Positions 49,354 through 59,220 of a stretch of DNA of 64,000 bases are shown piece by piece. This DNA is from Gemmatales bacterium (GTDB lineage: Bacteria > Planctomycetota > Planctomycetia > Gemmatales > HRBIN36): contig JBEPZY010000001.1 in the NCBI GenBank assembly GCA_041640595.1, positions 1,026,657 to 1,090,656 of the forward strand. Direction: 5' to 3'. Positions within the stretch are counted from its first letter, which is position 1. Each line of letters starts with the position of its first letter. Under the pieces are notes generated by a model. That model was not told the DNA's origin. It saw only the letters and a list, made by a program, of their open reading frames with translations, and did no database searches. The translations under genes and the position numbers were made by a program.

Positions 49354-51426
49354 TCAGTACGGCCGATAGGATTTCTCTTCCACCAACCGTGAGCCCAGCA
49401 GCAAATTGATCCGTTTCTTTATCTCAGCACGCCGGTCATTGTAGCGATAGACGGAGCGAGCCAGTGCCACGAATTCTGCATCGAATTTCTGCTGGCGTTC
49501 GCACTCCCGCAATGCATCTTCCACGTCCCACAGCGTCTCGTTGACCGATTGCAGTTCCCTCACCAGAAAATCGAGTTCCGCCAGTTGTGGCAGGGAGCAC
49601 GCCGCGATTTGCTCCAGCTCGGCAAGCTCGATTTCAACGTGTCGCAACTTCTCCTCGTCCCGGATACGCGCCTGCTTGATGCGTAAGATGGTGATTTTGT
49701 CGAGCAATTCTCCCGGCGATATGGGCACGCGCAGGTCCGCCGTCAGGCCAAGCGGTCGTTCCTGTCGTCGGTTGGCCACGAATTCCTGCAGTGCCTTCCG
49801 CACCTGCCGAAACACACCATCCCAGTCCTGCCGTACTTCCTGGCGAAATAAACGCATCGTCGGATACAAGGGGGTGGTCGAACCCTCCGTCCCCCAACGC
49901 CAGTCACAAACCTGACCCAACAGTAGCCACACGGGTCGCCCCAGAGCACCCACCAGATGAGCAATGGCCGAGTCGGTGCAAATGACCAGATCGAGATGCT
50001 GCACAATCGCTGCCGTGTCCATAAAAGCGCCGTTGCTCTCATCCCGACCCGCTCCTAAATCCACGACCGGAAAATCAACTTCTCGCAACTGTTCCTCGCC
50101 CGGACCTTTTTGCAAACTGATTAGCCTTACCCCATCTACGCTGGCCAAACACGCGAACTTTCGTAAGGGTACCGATCGCTGCCGATCATTTGCGTAGCTC
50201 GGGCTGCCTTGCCAGGCAATACCGATACGCACCCCTTCATACTTAGTAACCACATCCTTCCAATATGCTACGAGATTAGGATCGGCCGTAATATAAGGTA
50301 CCGTCGCCGGTACGTTATCCGGTCGGGTATTTAGATAGCGCGGCAAACTAAGTAACGGACTATAATAGTCATAGCCCGGCACCTGATCACCGCTGGCATA
50401 ACATACAGCTAATCCTGAAGCGCGGCTCAGGAGGGGAACTAAGTTCCGAGGACATTCTAATAAAACGCGGGCCCCTTGATTTTCCAGCACCTGCGCATAG
50501 CGAACGAACTGTATCGTATCGCCGATTCCCTGTTCCGCTACCAGGAGAATGGTGCGCCCTGCTAATGGATTCCCCTGCCAGCGTGGTGCTCGATAATCTT
50601 GCCAGCGATGGGGCTGGATTAGTAACCGATATTCGTAATCTTCCCAGCCCTGCTGCCAGTTACCGCGTAGCAGATAGATCATGCCCCGGTTCAGATGAGC
50701 TAAATAATGCTGCGGCTGGTAAGTTAGTGCCTGTTGAAAGCAGGCGAAGGCTTCATCGTAGCGACCGCACGAGGAGAGTATCGTACCCAATGTGTTCCAT
50801 GCCTCTGCATGGCTTGGAGCTAAGTGTACAGCGTGCCGGGCCCAGGCTTCCGCTTCCCTTTCCTCGCCCGTAGCCAGCAGGCTGAGGCTTAGACCTAAAC
50901 ATATTTCTACTTGTTCCGGACGCGCCGCCAGCGCCGAACGAAAATGTTCAACGGCTTTTAGATGTTGATTAAGAGAGCGGTAAAGCTGCGCTAAGTTGAC
51001 GTGCAAGGTAATCTGATCGGGACGACTTTGCAGAGCACGTACTAAGTATTGAATGGCCTCCTGCGGTCTCCCCAGGTCGCGCAGAGTTAATGCGAGATTG
51101 TTAAGGGCCTCGACAGCCTGGGGATCAATGGACAGGGCTTGCTTGAATGCCTCAGCCGCGTCCTGCATTCGCCCTAGCCGACGCAACACCAGGCCGAGAT
51201 TACTGTAAGCCGGGCCATAATCGGGATAATGTTGCAACAACTGTCGGAAGGCGATTTCGGCATCCTGCATCCGGCCGTTCCGCGCCAGAGCGATGCCATA
51301 TTCGTTCCACAGGTCGGGCGGAATCTGATAACCAGTCCGCCGGAGTTGGTGAAACAGATTCTCGGCTAGCGACCATTGGCCCGCTTGCAGGAGCTGACGC
51401 AATTGTTCCAGGTGCGGCGAAATCAT
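49354..51426 (-). CDS. TPR-repeat protein fused to a GT9 (heptosyltransferase)-like domain and a DUF6165-like C-terminus
   Basis: About 7 TPRs at the N-terminus, then ILLVAEQGIGDTIQFVRYAQVL (GT9-like). The C-terminal ISPGELLDKITILRIKQARI...YRYNDRR pattern is one I associate with DUF6165. Confidence 0.65.
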   Translation of the reverse strand: MISPHLEQLRQLLQAGQWSLAENLFHQLRRTGYQIPPDLWNEYGIALARNGRMQDAEIAFRQLLQHYPDYGPAYSNLGLVLRRLGRMQDAAEAFKQALSIDPQAVEALNNLALTLRDLGRPQEAIQYLVRALQSRPDQITLHVNLAQLYRSLNQHLKAVEHFRSALAARPEQVEICLGLSLSLLATGEEREAEAWARHAVHLAPSHAEAWNTLGTILSSCGRYDEAFACFQQALTYQPQHYLAHLNRGMIYLLRGNWQQGWEDYEYRLLIQPHRWQDYRAPRWQGNPLAGRTILLVAEQGIGDTIQFVRYAQVLENQGARVLLECPRNLVPLLSRASGLAVCYASGDQVPGYDYYSPLLSLPRYLNTRPDNVPATVPYITADPNLVAYWKDVVTKYEGVRIGIAWQGSPSYANDRQRSVPLRKFACLASVDGVRLISLQKGPGEEQLREVDFPVVDLGAGRDESNGAFMDTAAIVQHLDLVICTDSAIAHLVGALGRPVWLLLGQVCDWRWGTEGSTTPLYPTMRLFRQEVRQDWDGVFRQVRKALQEFVANRRQERPLGLTADLRVPISPGELLDKITILRIKQARIRDEEKLRHVEIELAELEQIAACSLPQLAELDFLVRELQSVNETLWDVEDALRECERQQKFDAEFVALARSVYRYNDRRAEIKKRINLLLGSRLVEEKSYRPY

Positions 51427-51507
51427 AGCGTCAAAACCAGGGACTTTCTCAGCGACCGCTTTCTGGATAACAGCATTTTAGCAACCGCATCCCCGTGATA
51501 ACGGGGT

Positions 51508-53415
51508 TCAGTTCGCTTGGCAGGTTTCCGGATTCTCGGCATCGTGCACTGGCAAAAATATGGAAAACGTGGTGCCCTTGCCGACTTCGCTTTCCAATTC
51601 GATCCAACCGCGATGCTCATTGACAATGCCATACACAGTCGCCAGTCCTAAACCGCTGCCGCGCCCCGGTTCTTTCGTAGTGAAAAACGGCTCGAAAATG
51701 CGGGAGCGAATTTCCGGCGGGATGCCGTGCCCAGTATCGCACACATCCAGGCGAATGAACTTCCCTGGACGGGCCGCTACATGTCGCCGTGCATCTTCGG
51801 CTGAAAGCACCAGCTGTTTTGTCCGTACCAGCAACTGTCCTCCTTGCGGCATAGCATCGCGGGCGTTCAGGCAAAGATTCATGAGCACCTGTTGCATCTG
51901 CCCGGCATCTGCGTAAACTCGACCGGCCTGAGGGTCGAGTTCACTGGTGATGGTAATGCGTTTATCAATCGTGCGCCGCAACAGGTTGAGGGTCTCTTCC
52001 ACAATCTGGTTGAGGTCAGTTGGCTGCGGGCGTAAACGTGTACGGCGGGAGAAACTCAAGAGTTGTCGGGTCAATTCGGCGGCACGCAACGCCGCTTTCT
52101 CGGTGATTTGCAGCAGTTCACGGTTGGGATCATCGGCAGGAAGATTCGCCAGCACCAGCGAAACGTTGCCGAGAATGGCGGTGAGCAGGTTATTGAAATC
52201 GTGGGCAACGCCTCCGGCCAGCTGACCGACAGCTTCCATCTTCTGAGCATGACGGAGTTGTTCTTCCAGAGCCCGCTGGTGCGTAATGTCCCAGAAAATT
52301 CCCAGCACACCCACGATATTTCCCTGTTCATCGCGCATGGGCCGCTTGACAACACGCACCAGACGCGTGCGTCCTTCGCTGACATTTTCTTCTTCGAGTT
52401 CCAGTGTCTGACCCGTCGTCAACACCTTCATATCGTCGGCACGGTATTTATCGGCGAGATGGCGAGGATAAAAATCGTAATCGGTCTTGCCGAGAATCTC
52501 CTCCTCGGGCTTACCGACCGCCTGGCAGAATCTGGGATTAACCGCGGCAAAACGCAACTCCCGGTCCTTGAGAAAGACGCATTGCTCCAGGTTTTCAATC
52601 AGAGCACGGTATTTAGCTTCGCTATAACGTAGTTGCTCCATCATCTGGCGGCGTTCGGTAACATCGGAAACCACGCAGTGGACCAGGAGACGACCATCTT
52701 TCTGGCGTTCGACGGAAACACTATCCCGCAGCCAGCGGAGGCTACCATCCGGCAGGAAAATGCGATACTCATCTTCGGCATGAGTGATTTCGTACCGCCG
52801 CACCTGTTCAAACCGTTGTATCATCGCCGACCGATCGTCGGGATGCACTATGCTCAGCCAAGCATCGGGACTGTTGAGGAAAAACTCCGGAGGTCGGCCT
52901 GTCAGTTTCTCCACCACTGGCGAGATGTAACGCAATTTCCATACACCATCAGCACCGACTTCCGCACTCCAGAGGAAATCGCTGATGGAATTGAACAGGT
53001 GTCGCAATTCGGCTTCGCGCTGTTCGAGCTGACGGCGCATTTCGTGCATTTCGCTAACATCACGCGCTGTCACCAGGCCGAGTACCTGATTGTCCAGATG
53101 CAAGCGGGTTACGCTGATGTTGACGGGGACCCAATTGAGCAAACGGTGCCGAATCCAGAAGCCATCTTTGCTGTGAAACATTCCCGTTTTCTGATACGCC
53201 CGCCGCAACTGGTACAAATCCTGAGGACGGTCGCTGCGAAACAAGTCAGTTACCAGCACGCTTCGCAATTCTCGGCGGCTGTAACCGGTCAGCCGCTGGG
53301 CAAACGGATTGACATCGAGCACCTGCTCAGTTTCCACATCAAACAAAATCAACGCATCCGCCGATTCCTCAAAAAGTGCCTGTGCGAACTCGGCAGAACT
53401 GTGCGCGGTTTTCAT
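51508..53415 (-). CDS. multi-PAS sensor histidine kinase
   Basis: Three PAS-like segments, an H-box (VAHDFNNLLTAILGN), and HATPase N/G boxes (LNARDAM, DTGHGI, GSGLGL). Confidence 0.9.
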   Translation of the reverse strand: MKTAHSSAEFAQALFEESADALILFDVETEQVLDVNPFAQRLTGYSRRELRSVLVTDLFRSDRPQDLYQLRRAYQKTGMFHSKDGFWIRHRLLNWVPVNISVTRLHLDNQVLGLVTARDVSEMHEMRRQLEQREAELRHLFNSISDFLWSAEVGADGVWKLRYISPVVEKLTGRPPEFFLNSPDAWLSIVHPDDRSAMIQRFEQVRRYEITHAEDEYRIFLPDGSLRWLRDSVSVERQKDGRLLVHCVVSDVTERRQMMEQLRYSEAKYRALIENLEQCVFLKDRELRFAAVNPRFCQAVGKPEEEILGKTDYDFYPRHLADKYRADDMKVLTTGQTLELEEENVSEGRTRLVRVVKRPMRDEQGNIVGVLGIFWDITHQRALEEQLRHAQKMEAVGQLAGGVAHDFNNLLTAILGNVSLVLANLPADDPNRELLQITEKAALRAAELTRQLLSFSRRTRLRPQPTDLNQIVEETLNLLRRTIDKRITITSELDPQAGRVYADAGQMQQVLMNLCLNARDAMPQGGQLLVRTKQLVLSAEDARRHVAARPGKFIRLDVCDTGHGIPPEIRSRIFEPFFTTKEPGRGSGLGLATVYGIVNEHRGWIELESEVGKGTTFSIFLPVHDAENPETCQAN

Positions 53416-53447
53416 GGCGCAAATACCTCCCGCAAGTGAAAAAGCTC

Positions 53448-54592
53448 TTAGTCGGGGACTTCCTCTTTTTGAGTGCGCGATGCTGGCGAAATATGCTGGG
53501 ATTTATCTGTTGACGGCGTGAGAGTGGGGGACGATACGGATGGCGAGGTGGGTCGGTCATCTACGCGTTCCTGGCCGTTGAAAAAAGTCCGCATCAACAA
53601 GGGCACGGCTACTATCCCGGCGATTGCCAGCGCTGCCAGAGAACCCCACACCGGATGCTGACGTTTATCCAATAAAGCCTGGCGCAGGTCGCGATAAAAA
53701 GCTTCAGCCGTCTCGTATCGCTCCTCCTTGTCCCGTGCCAGTCCCCTGGCCAGCACTTTATCCACTCCGGCAGGCAAGAAGAGATTGCGCCGGGTCGCGG
53801 GCACATAAACCCGCCCCGGCACATACCCGGTCAATAACTCATAGGCGAGAACCGCCAGAGAGAACACATCGGCCCGGCGATCCACTCCCAGACCGAAGCG
53901 TTGCTCTGGAGCACAATAGTCGGTGGTACCCCAAATAACCCCTGAGGCGTCTCCTGAACCGTCCACTTGCGAAACACCAAAGTCAGTTATCTTGGCCTGA
54001 CCGGTTTCGGTCAGGAGCACGTTTTCCGGCTTCAGGTCCAGATGTAACACCCCGCGGGCGTGGATATATTCCAGGGCCTGGGTAACGGCTTGCAAAACTT
54101 CCAGCGCCTGGCTTATGCGCCACGGTTTACCTCGCTGCATCTTTTCTCGCAAACTGTGCCCGGCAATGTATTCCATCACGAAATAGCAGGTTTCGCCGAG
54201 CTGACCGGCATCGTACACGCTCACGATATGAGGATGCGACAGGTTAGCTCGCATCAGTGCTTCATGCCTACCGACTGTCTGGCCATTGGATTCACAACTA
54301 TTGCGGCTGCTAACATGCAGCACTTTGGTGGCCACCGGCCGGCGGAGGGCTGCACCGCTTTATAGACCGTAGCCGTGCTCCCCTCATGCAAGACTCCCTC
54401 AATTCGATACCCTGGAATTTCCGGCACTTTTCGATTTTGTTCGGGTTGAGACACGTGTTCGGGTGTGAGCGTGGACACTGTTCTCCTCCCAGCCGGTTTC
54501 CGTCCGAATCTCTGGCCCTGCCATTCCTTCAGGGTAGGCGATCTGGCAATCATGCCAAATATAGCTCGCAATTTTTCGCCAAGTCGCCGCAA
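53448..54592 (-). pseudogene. Ser/Thr protein kinase interrupted by a 1-nt frameshift (or assembly error)
   Basis: ORF 54254..54592 ends with the kinase subdomain I sequence (YRIEGVLHEGSTATVYKAVQPSAGR). The -1 frame then continues (R)PVATKVLH...HLDLKPEN...DFG...APE as ORF 53448..54335. The junction lies in GCCGGCCGGTGG near 54335-54340. Confidence 0.6.
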
Positions 54593-54840
54593 CTTCGCAC
54601 TAACCGTAGGCCTTCAGCGAAAATATGCCTGCTGAAAAATTTTGGCACAGGTGAATAGTTCGGCCGGCGACGTGCTGCCCAGCAATCCACGGCGAGAACA
54701 ACCAACTCTGCTGGCAGGCTCCCGATGCGCGCCGGCCTGGTTCATCGGCGCTTACAATGCTGTTAGCGTTCCACTGCTTGATCGTCTTAACTACCGAAAG
54801 AGCCAAAAACGCAACGGGCCCGGGCAAAACGAACACAACC

Positions 54841-55383
54841 ATGGCTGTGCAGTCGCGTGGCGAGGCGCAGGATTACTCGGCTTTCGATGCTTTGTATCAA
54901 CACTACGGACGGGAAGTCTGGAGCCTCGTCTTCGCCCGCTGGCTCAATGCCGAGATCGCTAACGATATTTGCCAGGAAACCTTCCTGCGGCTCTGGCAAC
55001 AATGGCAACGCGGCGAAGAAATCCGTAATCCACGAGCCTGGCTGCTTCGTGTAGCACGCAACCTCGCTGAAGATTATGGCAAAAGCGCTTTCCACCGCAA
55101 CGGCACGCAAGAGCCGGAATACCTCGCTACGGTTTCCGGCTCCCATCCAACACCGCCGGAACAACTCCAGAAACGCGAAGCACTGCAACTGGTACGCCGA
55201 TTCCTGCAAGAGCTTGCCCCGACAGACCGGGAAATATTGACCCTGCGCTATGCCCTGGAATATTCCATCGAAGAAATTGCGGAAACTCTGGGAATCAACG
55301 TCTCAGCAGTGCACATGCGCCTTACTCGGGCTCGCCAGCGACTGGCGGCGCGATTGGCCAATACGGGGGAGTTTTTCGCATGA
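54841..55383 (+). CDS. ECF-type RNA polymerase sigma-70 family factor
   Basis: Region 2 (FDALYQHYGREVWSLVF...DICQETFLRLW) and region 4 (REILTLRYALEYSIEEIAETLGINVSAVHMRLTRARQRL). Confidence 0.85.
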   Translation: MAVQSRGEAQDYSAFDALYQHYGREVWSLVFARWLNAEIANDICQETFLRLWQQWQRGEEIRNPRAWLLRVARNLAEDYGKSAFHRNGTQEPEYLATVSGSHPTPPEQLQKREALQLVRRFLQELAPTDREILTLRYALEYSIEEIAETLGINVSAVHMRLTRARQRLAARLANTGEFFA

Positions 55384-55928
55384 CCCGCGACGTCCATAAC
55401 AACGCCTCCTCACAGAACCAATATGAACAGTTGGCCGAGGAGCTTCTGCGCTGGTATTTCCAGCAAACCGTGATACGGCAACTGCCGCCACTTCAAACCC
55501 CGACAAACGATAGCATTGCTACCTTAGATTTTCAGCAAAGGGCAACCATCGGCGTTGACCGTTCTTCGCTGGTTGCAGACTCATCTCCGGGTGGGCTGCA
55601 TTCCTACACTATTCCGTCCCAGCTTCATATCCGCCCATCAGACAGCCTGACAGCACCGGTTAGCGAGCCAGCCTTGTATTCAACCAGCGCCTCGCGTTAC
55701 GGGCGTTATGCACTGCTGGCTGTGCTTTGCTTGCTTGCCCTTGCGCTCTTGTTTGTTCCCTGGGAACCCCCCAGAATCTTCCGTTTTCCCTCCAACCACG
55801 ACGGTATGCGAGCATTGGATAAACCGACACCGGGAGCAGGCTCCCATCGTCCTTCCCCTGCTCGACCTTTGCCCGGCTCCGAGCTTTCCGTACCCCACCG
55901 CTCCCCCGACCCCAACCTCCCTCGCTGA
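55380..55928 (+). CDS. putative single-pass anti-sigma factor
   Basis: ATGA overlap with the sigma factor stop, and one TM segment (YALLAVLCLLALALLFV). No ZAS motif. The assignment rests on genomic context only. Confidence 0.4.
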   Translation: MTRDVHNNASSQNQYEQLAEELLRWYFQQTVIRQLPPLQTPTNDSIATLDFQQRATIGVDRSSLVADSSPGGLHSYTIPSQLHIRPSDSLTAPVSEPALYSTSASRYGRYALLAVLCLLALALLFVPWEPPRIFRFPSNHDGMRALDKPTPGAGSHRPSPARPLPGSELSVPHRSPDPNLPR

Positions 55929-56260
55929 TGATCTACCTGACTGCTCTCCACCTCTTTGGCGAAACTTGAACGGCATCAGGCCTCAGTCATCATCGCAAAC
56001 ATTAATTTCCGCACCATGTAGCACACCCCGAAAAGGAAATGTTTTGCTTAACGGGCGGCATGTTAATCGGGACCGGCGTTTTGCTGTGTTGCTGGCCTCC
56101 CCGAAGCTTTCCGCGAAAAACCGTAGCGTAAATGCGACCTGTTGTTAGTTTCCCATCGGATAGCATACTTACGTGCACTAAGCATTGGAGTGATTAGGTT
56201 ACACCGGGTAGATTCCCGACCGGATACCGCGCCTAGGTCAGCTATTGTCAAACTGCGACG

Positions 56261-57403
56261 TTATTCTAAAAACGAGGCGATGCGCATGCGCGCCAAGTAA
56301 ATGGCCTCGTAAGGATGCGCTTGGCCGCGTTCGTACAGGCAACCGAGTGTGTCGCGGTCGAGGGCAGCCAGGCAGGAATATGCCGACGGGCCCTCGTACA
56401 AAGTCAGTTGCCTGGGCCAGGTTCGGCCATCATCGAAACTCACCCGCACGGTCATACGTTCTCGCCGAGTGCTGGCAGGATTGGCAAACAACAGTACGGA
56501 CTTTTTCCCTTCGACCGGGAAGGGCCAGCGCAGCAAGCTGGCCTGGCAAACTGGCTCAGTGAGGGCGGCATCTTCATACAGCGTCCCGAATGTGCGACCG
56601 CCATCTCGACTAATGGCGACCAATCGGCGGTGATTGCCGCGATAACTGCGAATGTTAAGCATAACCCGGCCATCGCTGAGTTCGGCAGCCTGGCATTCAT
56701 TGCAGTGCGGCCCTACCGTGCCACCGAGTTGCCAGCTCTTGCCATGGTCGTCGCTATAAATGACATGGGCACGCCAAACCACGCCGTCAGCGGTTGGCTC
56801 TTTGTGATCGCATGGGATTATGAGCCGACCACTGGACAACTGAATGCCGACGCCGGGTCCGGTGGCATACCAGGTCCATTCGGGGCGTTTGACCTGTGCG
56901 GTAATGTTGATGGGCTTCGACCAGGTCTGGCCGTCATCTTCGCTTCGCATCAGCCAGACCGTGCGAGTGCCCTTGGCCTTTCCAGCAGTTATGGCCGGTT
57001 CGGCATCGGAGCCGAGGTTGTGCGTCAATAGCAGGAAAATCGTGCCCGTCTGGCGATCCACTACCGGACACGGATTGCCGCAGGTGTTCGGGCCATCGTC
57101 CCAGAGGACTTGCAACGGTGACCAGGTCTTGCCGCCATCGGTGCTTCGCTTCATGACCACGTCAATATCGCCGAAATCGCTGCGACTATTTTTTCGCCCT
57201 TCGCAGATGGCCAGTAATGTTCCACGCGCAGTCACGAGTAACGAGGGTATGCGGAAGGTATGGTACCCCTCCCGTCCGCTGATGAAGACTGGTTGCTGTT
57301 CCACGGCAGGCGGTTGATCGGCCAGCCCGCCACGATTTGTCAGCAATGCCGCCAGGACAATACTACCGCTGAGATACATCAGCAAAGCGAATCGGTCTGA
57401 CAT
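56261..57403 (-). CDS. exo-alpha-sialidase (GH33, BNR/Asp-box repeats)
   Basis: FRIPSL motif. Asp-boxes STDGGKTW, SEDDGQTW, SDDHGKSW, SRDGGRTF and SFDDGRTW. Signal anchor present. Confidence 0.85.
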   Translation of the reverse strand: MSDRFALLMYLSGSIVLAALLTNRGGLADQPPAVEQQPVFISGREGYHTFRIPSLLVTARGTLLAICEGRKNSRSDFGDIDVVMKRSTDGGKTWSPLQVLWDDGPNTCGNPCPVVDRQTGTIFLLLTHNLGSDAEPAITAGKAKGTRTVWLMRSEDDGQTWSKPINITAQVKRPEWTWYATGPGVGIQLSSGRLIIPCDHKEPTADGVVWRAHVIYSDDHGKSWQLGGTVGPHCNECQAAELSDGRVMLNIRSYRGNHRRLVAISRDGGRTFGTLYEDAALTEPVCQASLLRWPFPVEGKKSVLLFANPASTRRERMTVRVSFDDGRTWPRQLTLYEGPSAYSCLAALDRDTLGCLYERGQAHPYEAIYLARMRIASFLE

Positions 57404-57427
57404 AAGCAGACACTCCCGATGTTAGGT

Positions 57428-57637
57428 TCAAGTGCGGCAAGGCAATGGTTCCGGCTCATCGTGAACCGGCGGACCCACGCGAACGATTGCCGACCAGCTT
57501 GGCGGATCACTGGCCGGGAACGACTCCTGCAAAGCTTCATCTACCTGGTCGTTTTCCGGAGAGAGACTTTCTGGCCGGGTATCTAACGGTTGCACCGCAC
57601 AAGCATCGGGTGAATAAGGCTCAGCCATAGTCAACAT
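57428..57637 (-). CDS. small conserved hypothetical protein with FPASDPP motif
   Basis: AGGAGG precedes ATG 57637. 69 aa. It contains ESFPASDPPSW, a motif I recall from small proteins of many bacteria. Confidence 0.5.
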   Translation of the reverse strand: MLTMAEPYSPDACAVQPLDTRPESLSPENDQVDEALQESFPASDPPSWSAIVRVGPPVHDEPEPLPCRT

Positions 57638-57825
57638 GGTGCACCTCCTGTCTTGCTCACTGACATGCCAATCCCGACCGGGCCTGCTACCAAGGGCGCT
57701 TTGCTTTCCACTGCCGTGGTGGGCGTCCTTTTTATTGTAGCGATACACCTTTTGGACGGTTGCCGCAGGAGCGAATAGTTTGTTTCCAGGTATCCGCAAA
57801 TGGTCAGCACAAAGGAGGAACGGCT

Positions 57826-59187
57826 ATGTACAGACTGATCGGTGTAGGCGTGGCGGTACTCACCGCGATAACGGCCAGTTTCGCCCAAAATAGCGAACCC
57901 GCTGTGTTCAAGGCCGGCGTCGCTAAAGCGATCATTACCCCCGAACCAGGACTCTGGCTCGCCGGTTACGCTGGACGCAACAAGCCGTCCGAGGGTAAAG
58001 CCAACGACCTGTACGCGAAAGCTTTAGCTCTGGAAGATGCACGCGGCACGCGACTGGTGCTGGTTACGCTGGACGTCATCGGTTTGCCGCACGATCTGTC
58101 CGAACAGATGTACCAGGACATCCGACAAAAAACGAATTTGCCTCGTGAAGCAGTCGTTTTTGCTTGCTCCCACACTCATTGTGGCCCGGTCATTTTCGGC
58201 AACCTGATGGACATGTATCCGCTGACGCCCGACCAGCCGGAAAAACTGAAAAAGTACCGGGAATTCCTCAGGCAAACGGTAGTCAAACTGGTGAGCGACG
58301 CGCTGGCCGATCTGAAGCCAGCTCAACTTGCCTACGGTCAAGGCACAGCCCGCTTTGCCATCAACCGCCGCCAATTCCAGAAAAAAGGCGTGATCATCGG
58401 CCAGAATCCGGAAGGACCGGTGGATCATTCCGTGCCCGTGTTGCAAGTAACTGATCCCCAGGGAAAGATTCGCGCTATCGTTTTCGGTTACGCCTGCCAC
58501 AACACCACGCTATCCTTTTACCAATACTGTGGCGACTATGCAGGCTTCGCCCAGGAATACGTGGAAGAAAAATTCCCCGGCGCAGTGGCGCTATTCTGGA
58601 CCGGTTGCGGTGGCGACGCTAATCCCAATCCACGCGGCACACTCGAATTGGCCCAGAAGCATGGCCGCGAATTGGCCGATGCCGTGGCCAACGTCCTGCG
58701 GTACAACCTGACACCGATTCGCGGACATTTCCGCGCCGCCTACTCGACGATCCGTCTACCGCTCGACACTCTTCCCACCAAAGATCAGCTGCAGGCCCAG
58801 ACGCTGGACAAGAACCATGCGGTTCGACAACGCGCTCAGCGGCTGTTAAAACAGCTGGAAACTTCTGGCCGGCTCGACGACCATTATCCTCATTATCCAG
58901 TGCAGGTGTGGCGGTTAGGCAATGAGATTGCCTGGATCATGCTCGGTGGCGAGGTGCTCGTGGATTACGCTCTCCGCTTCAAAAAAGATTTCGGTGAACA
59001 ACGCACCTGGGTCATGGGCTACGCCAATGACGTCATGGCCTATATCCCCTCCGTGCGCGTTTTGAAGGAAGGCGGCTACGAAGCCGATAGTTCTATGATT
59101 TATTACGGTCTGCCTACTCGCTGGTCGCCGCAGATCGAAGAATTGATTGTCCGCCAAGTTCACGCATTGATGAAAAGCACCCAGTGA
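57826..59187 (+). CDS. neutral/alkaline non-lysosomal ceramidase-like hydrolase
   Basis: AAGGAGGA precedes ATG 57826, followed by a signal peptide. GVAKAIITPEPGLWLAGYAGR...NDLYAKALALED...ACSHTHCGPV resembles the ceramidase_alk N-terminal domain pattern. Confidence 0.6.
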   Translation: MYRLIGVGVAVLTAITASFAQNSEPAVFKAGVAKAIITPEPGLWLAGYAGRNKPSEGKANDLYAKALALEDARGTRLVLVTLDVIGLPHDLSEQMYQDIRQKTNLPREAVVFACSHTHCGPVIFGNLMDMYPLTPDQPEKLKKYREFLRQTVVKLVSDALADLKPAQLAYGQGTARFAINRRQFQKKGVIIGQNPEGPVDHSVPVLQVTDPQGKIRAIVFGYACHNTTLSFYQYCGDYAGFAQEYVEEKFPGAVALFWTGCGGDANPNPRGTLELAQKHGRELADAVANVLRYNLTPIRGHFRAAYSTIRLPLDTLPTKDQLQAQTLDKNHAVRQRAQRLLKQLETSGRLDDHYPHYPVQVWRLGNEIAWIMLGGEVLVDYALRFKKDFGEQRTWVMGYANDVMAYIPSVRVLKEGGYEADSSMIYYGLPTRWSPQIEELIVRQVHALMKSTQ

Positions 59188-59220
59188 TCGCCGTGTCTCT
59201 GTACGGCAAGACGACGGAAG

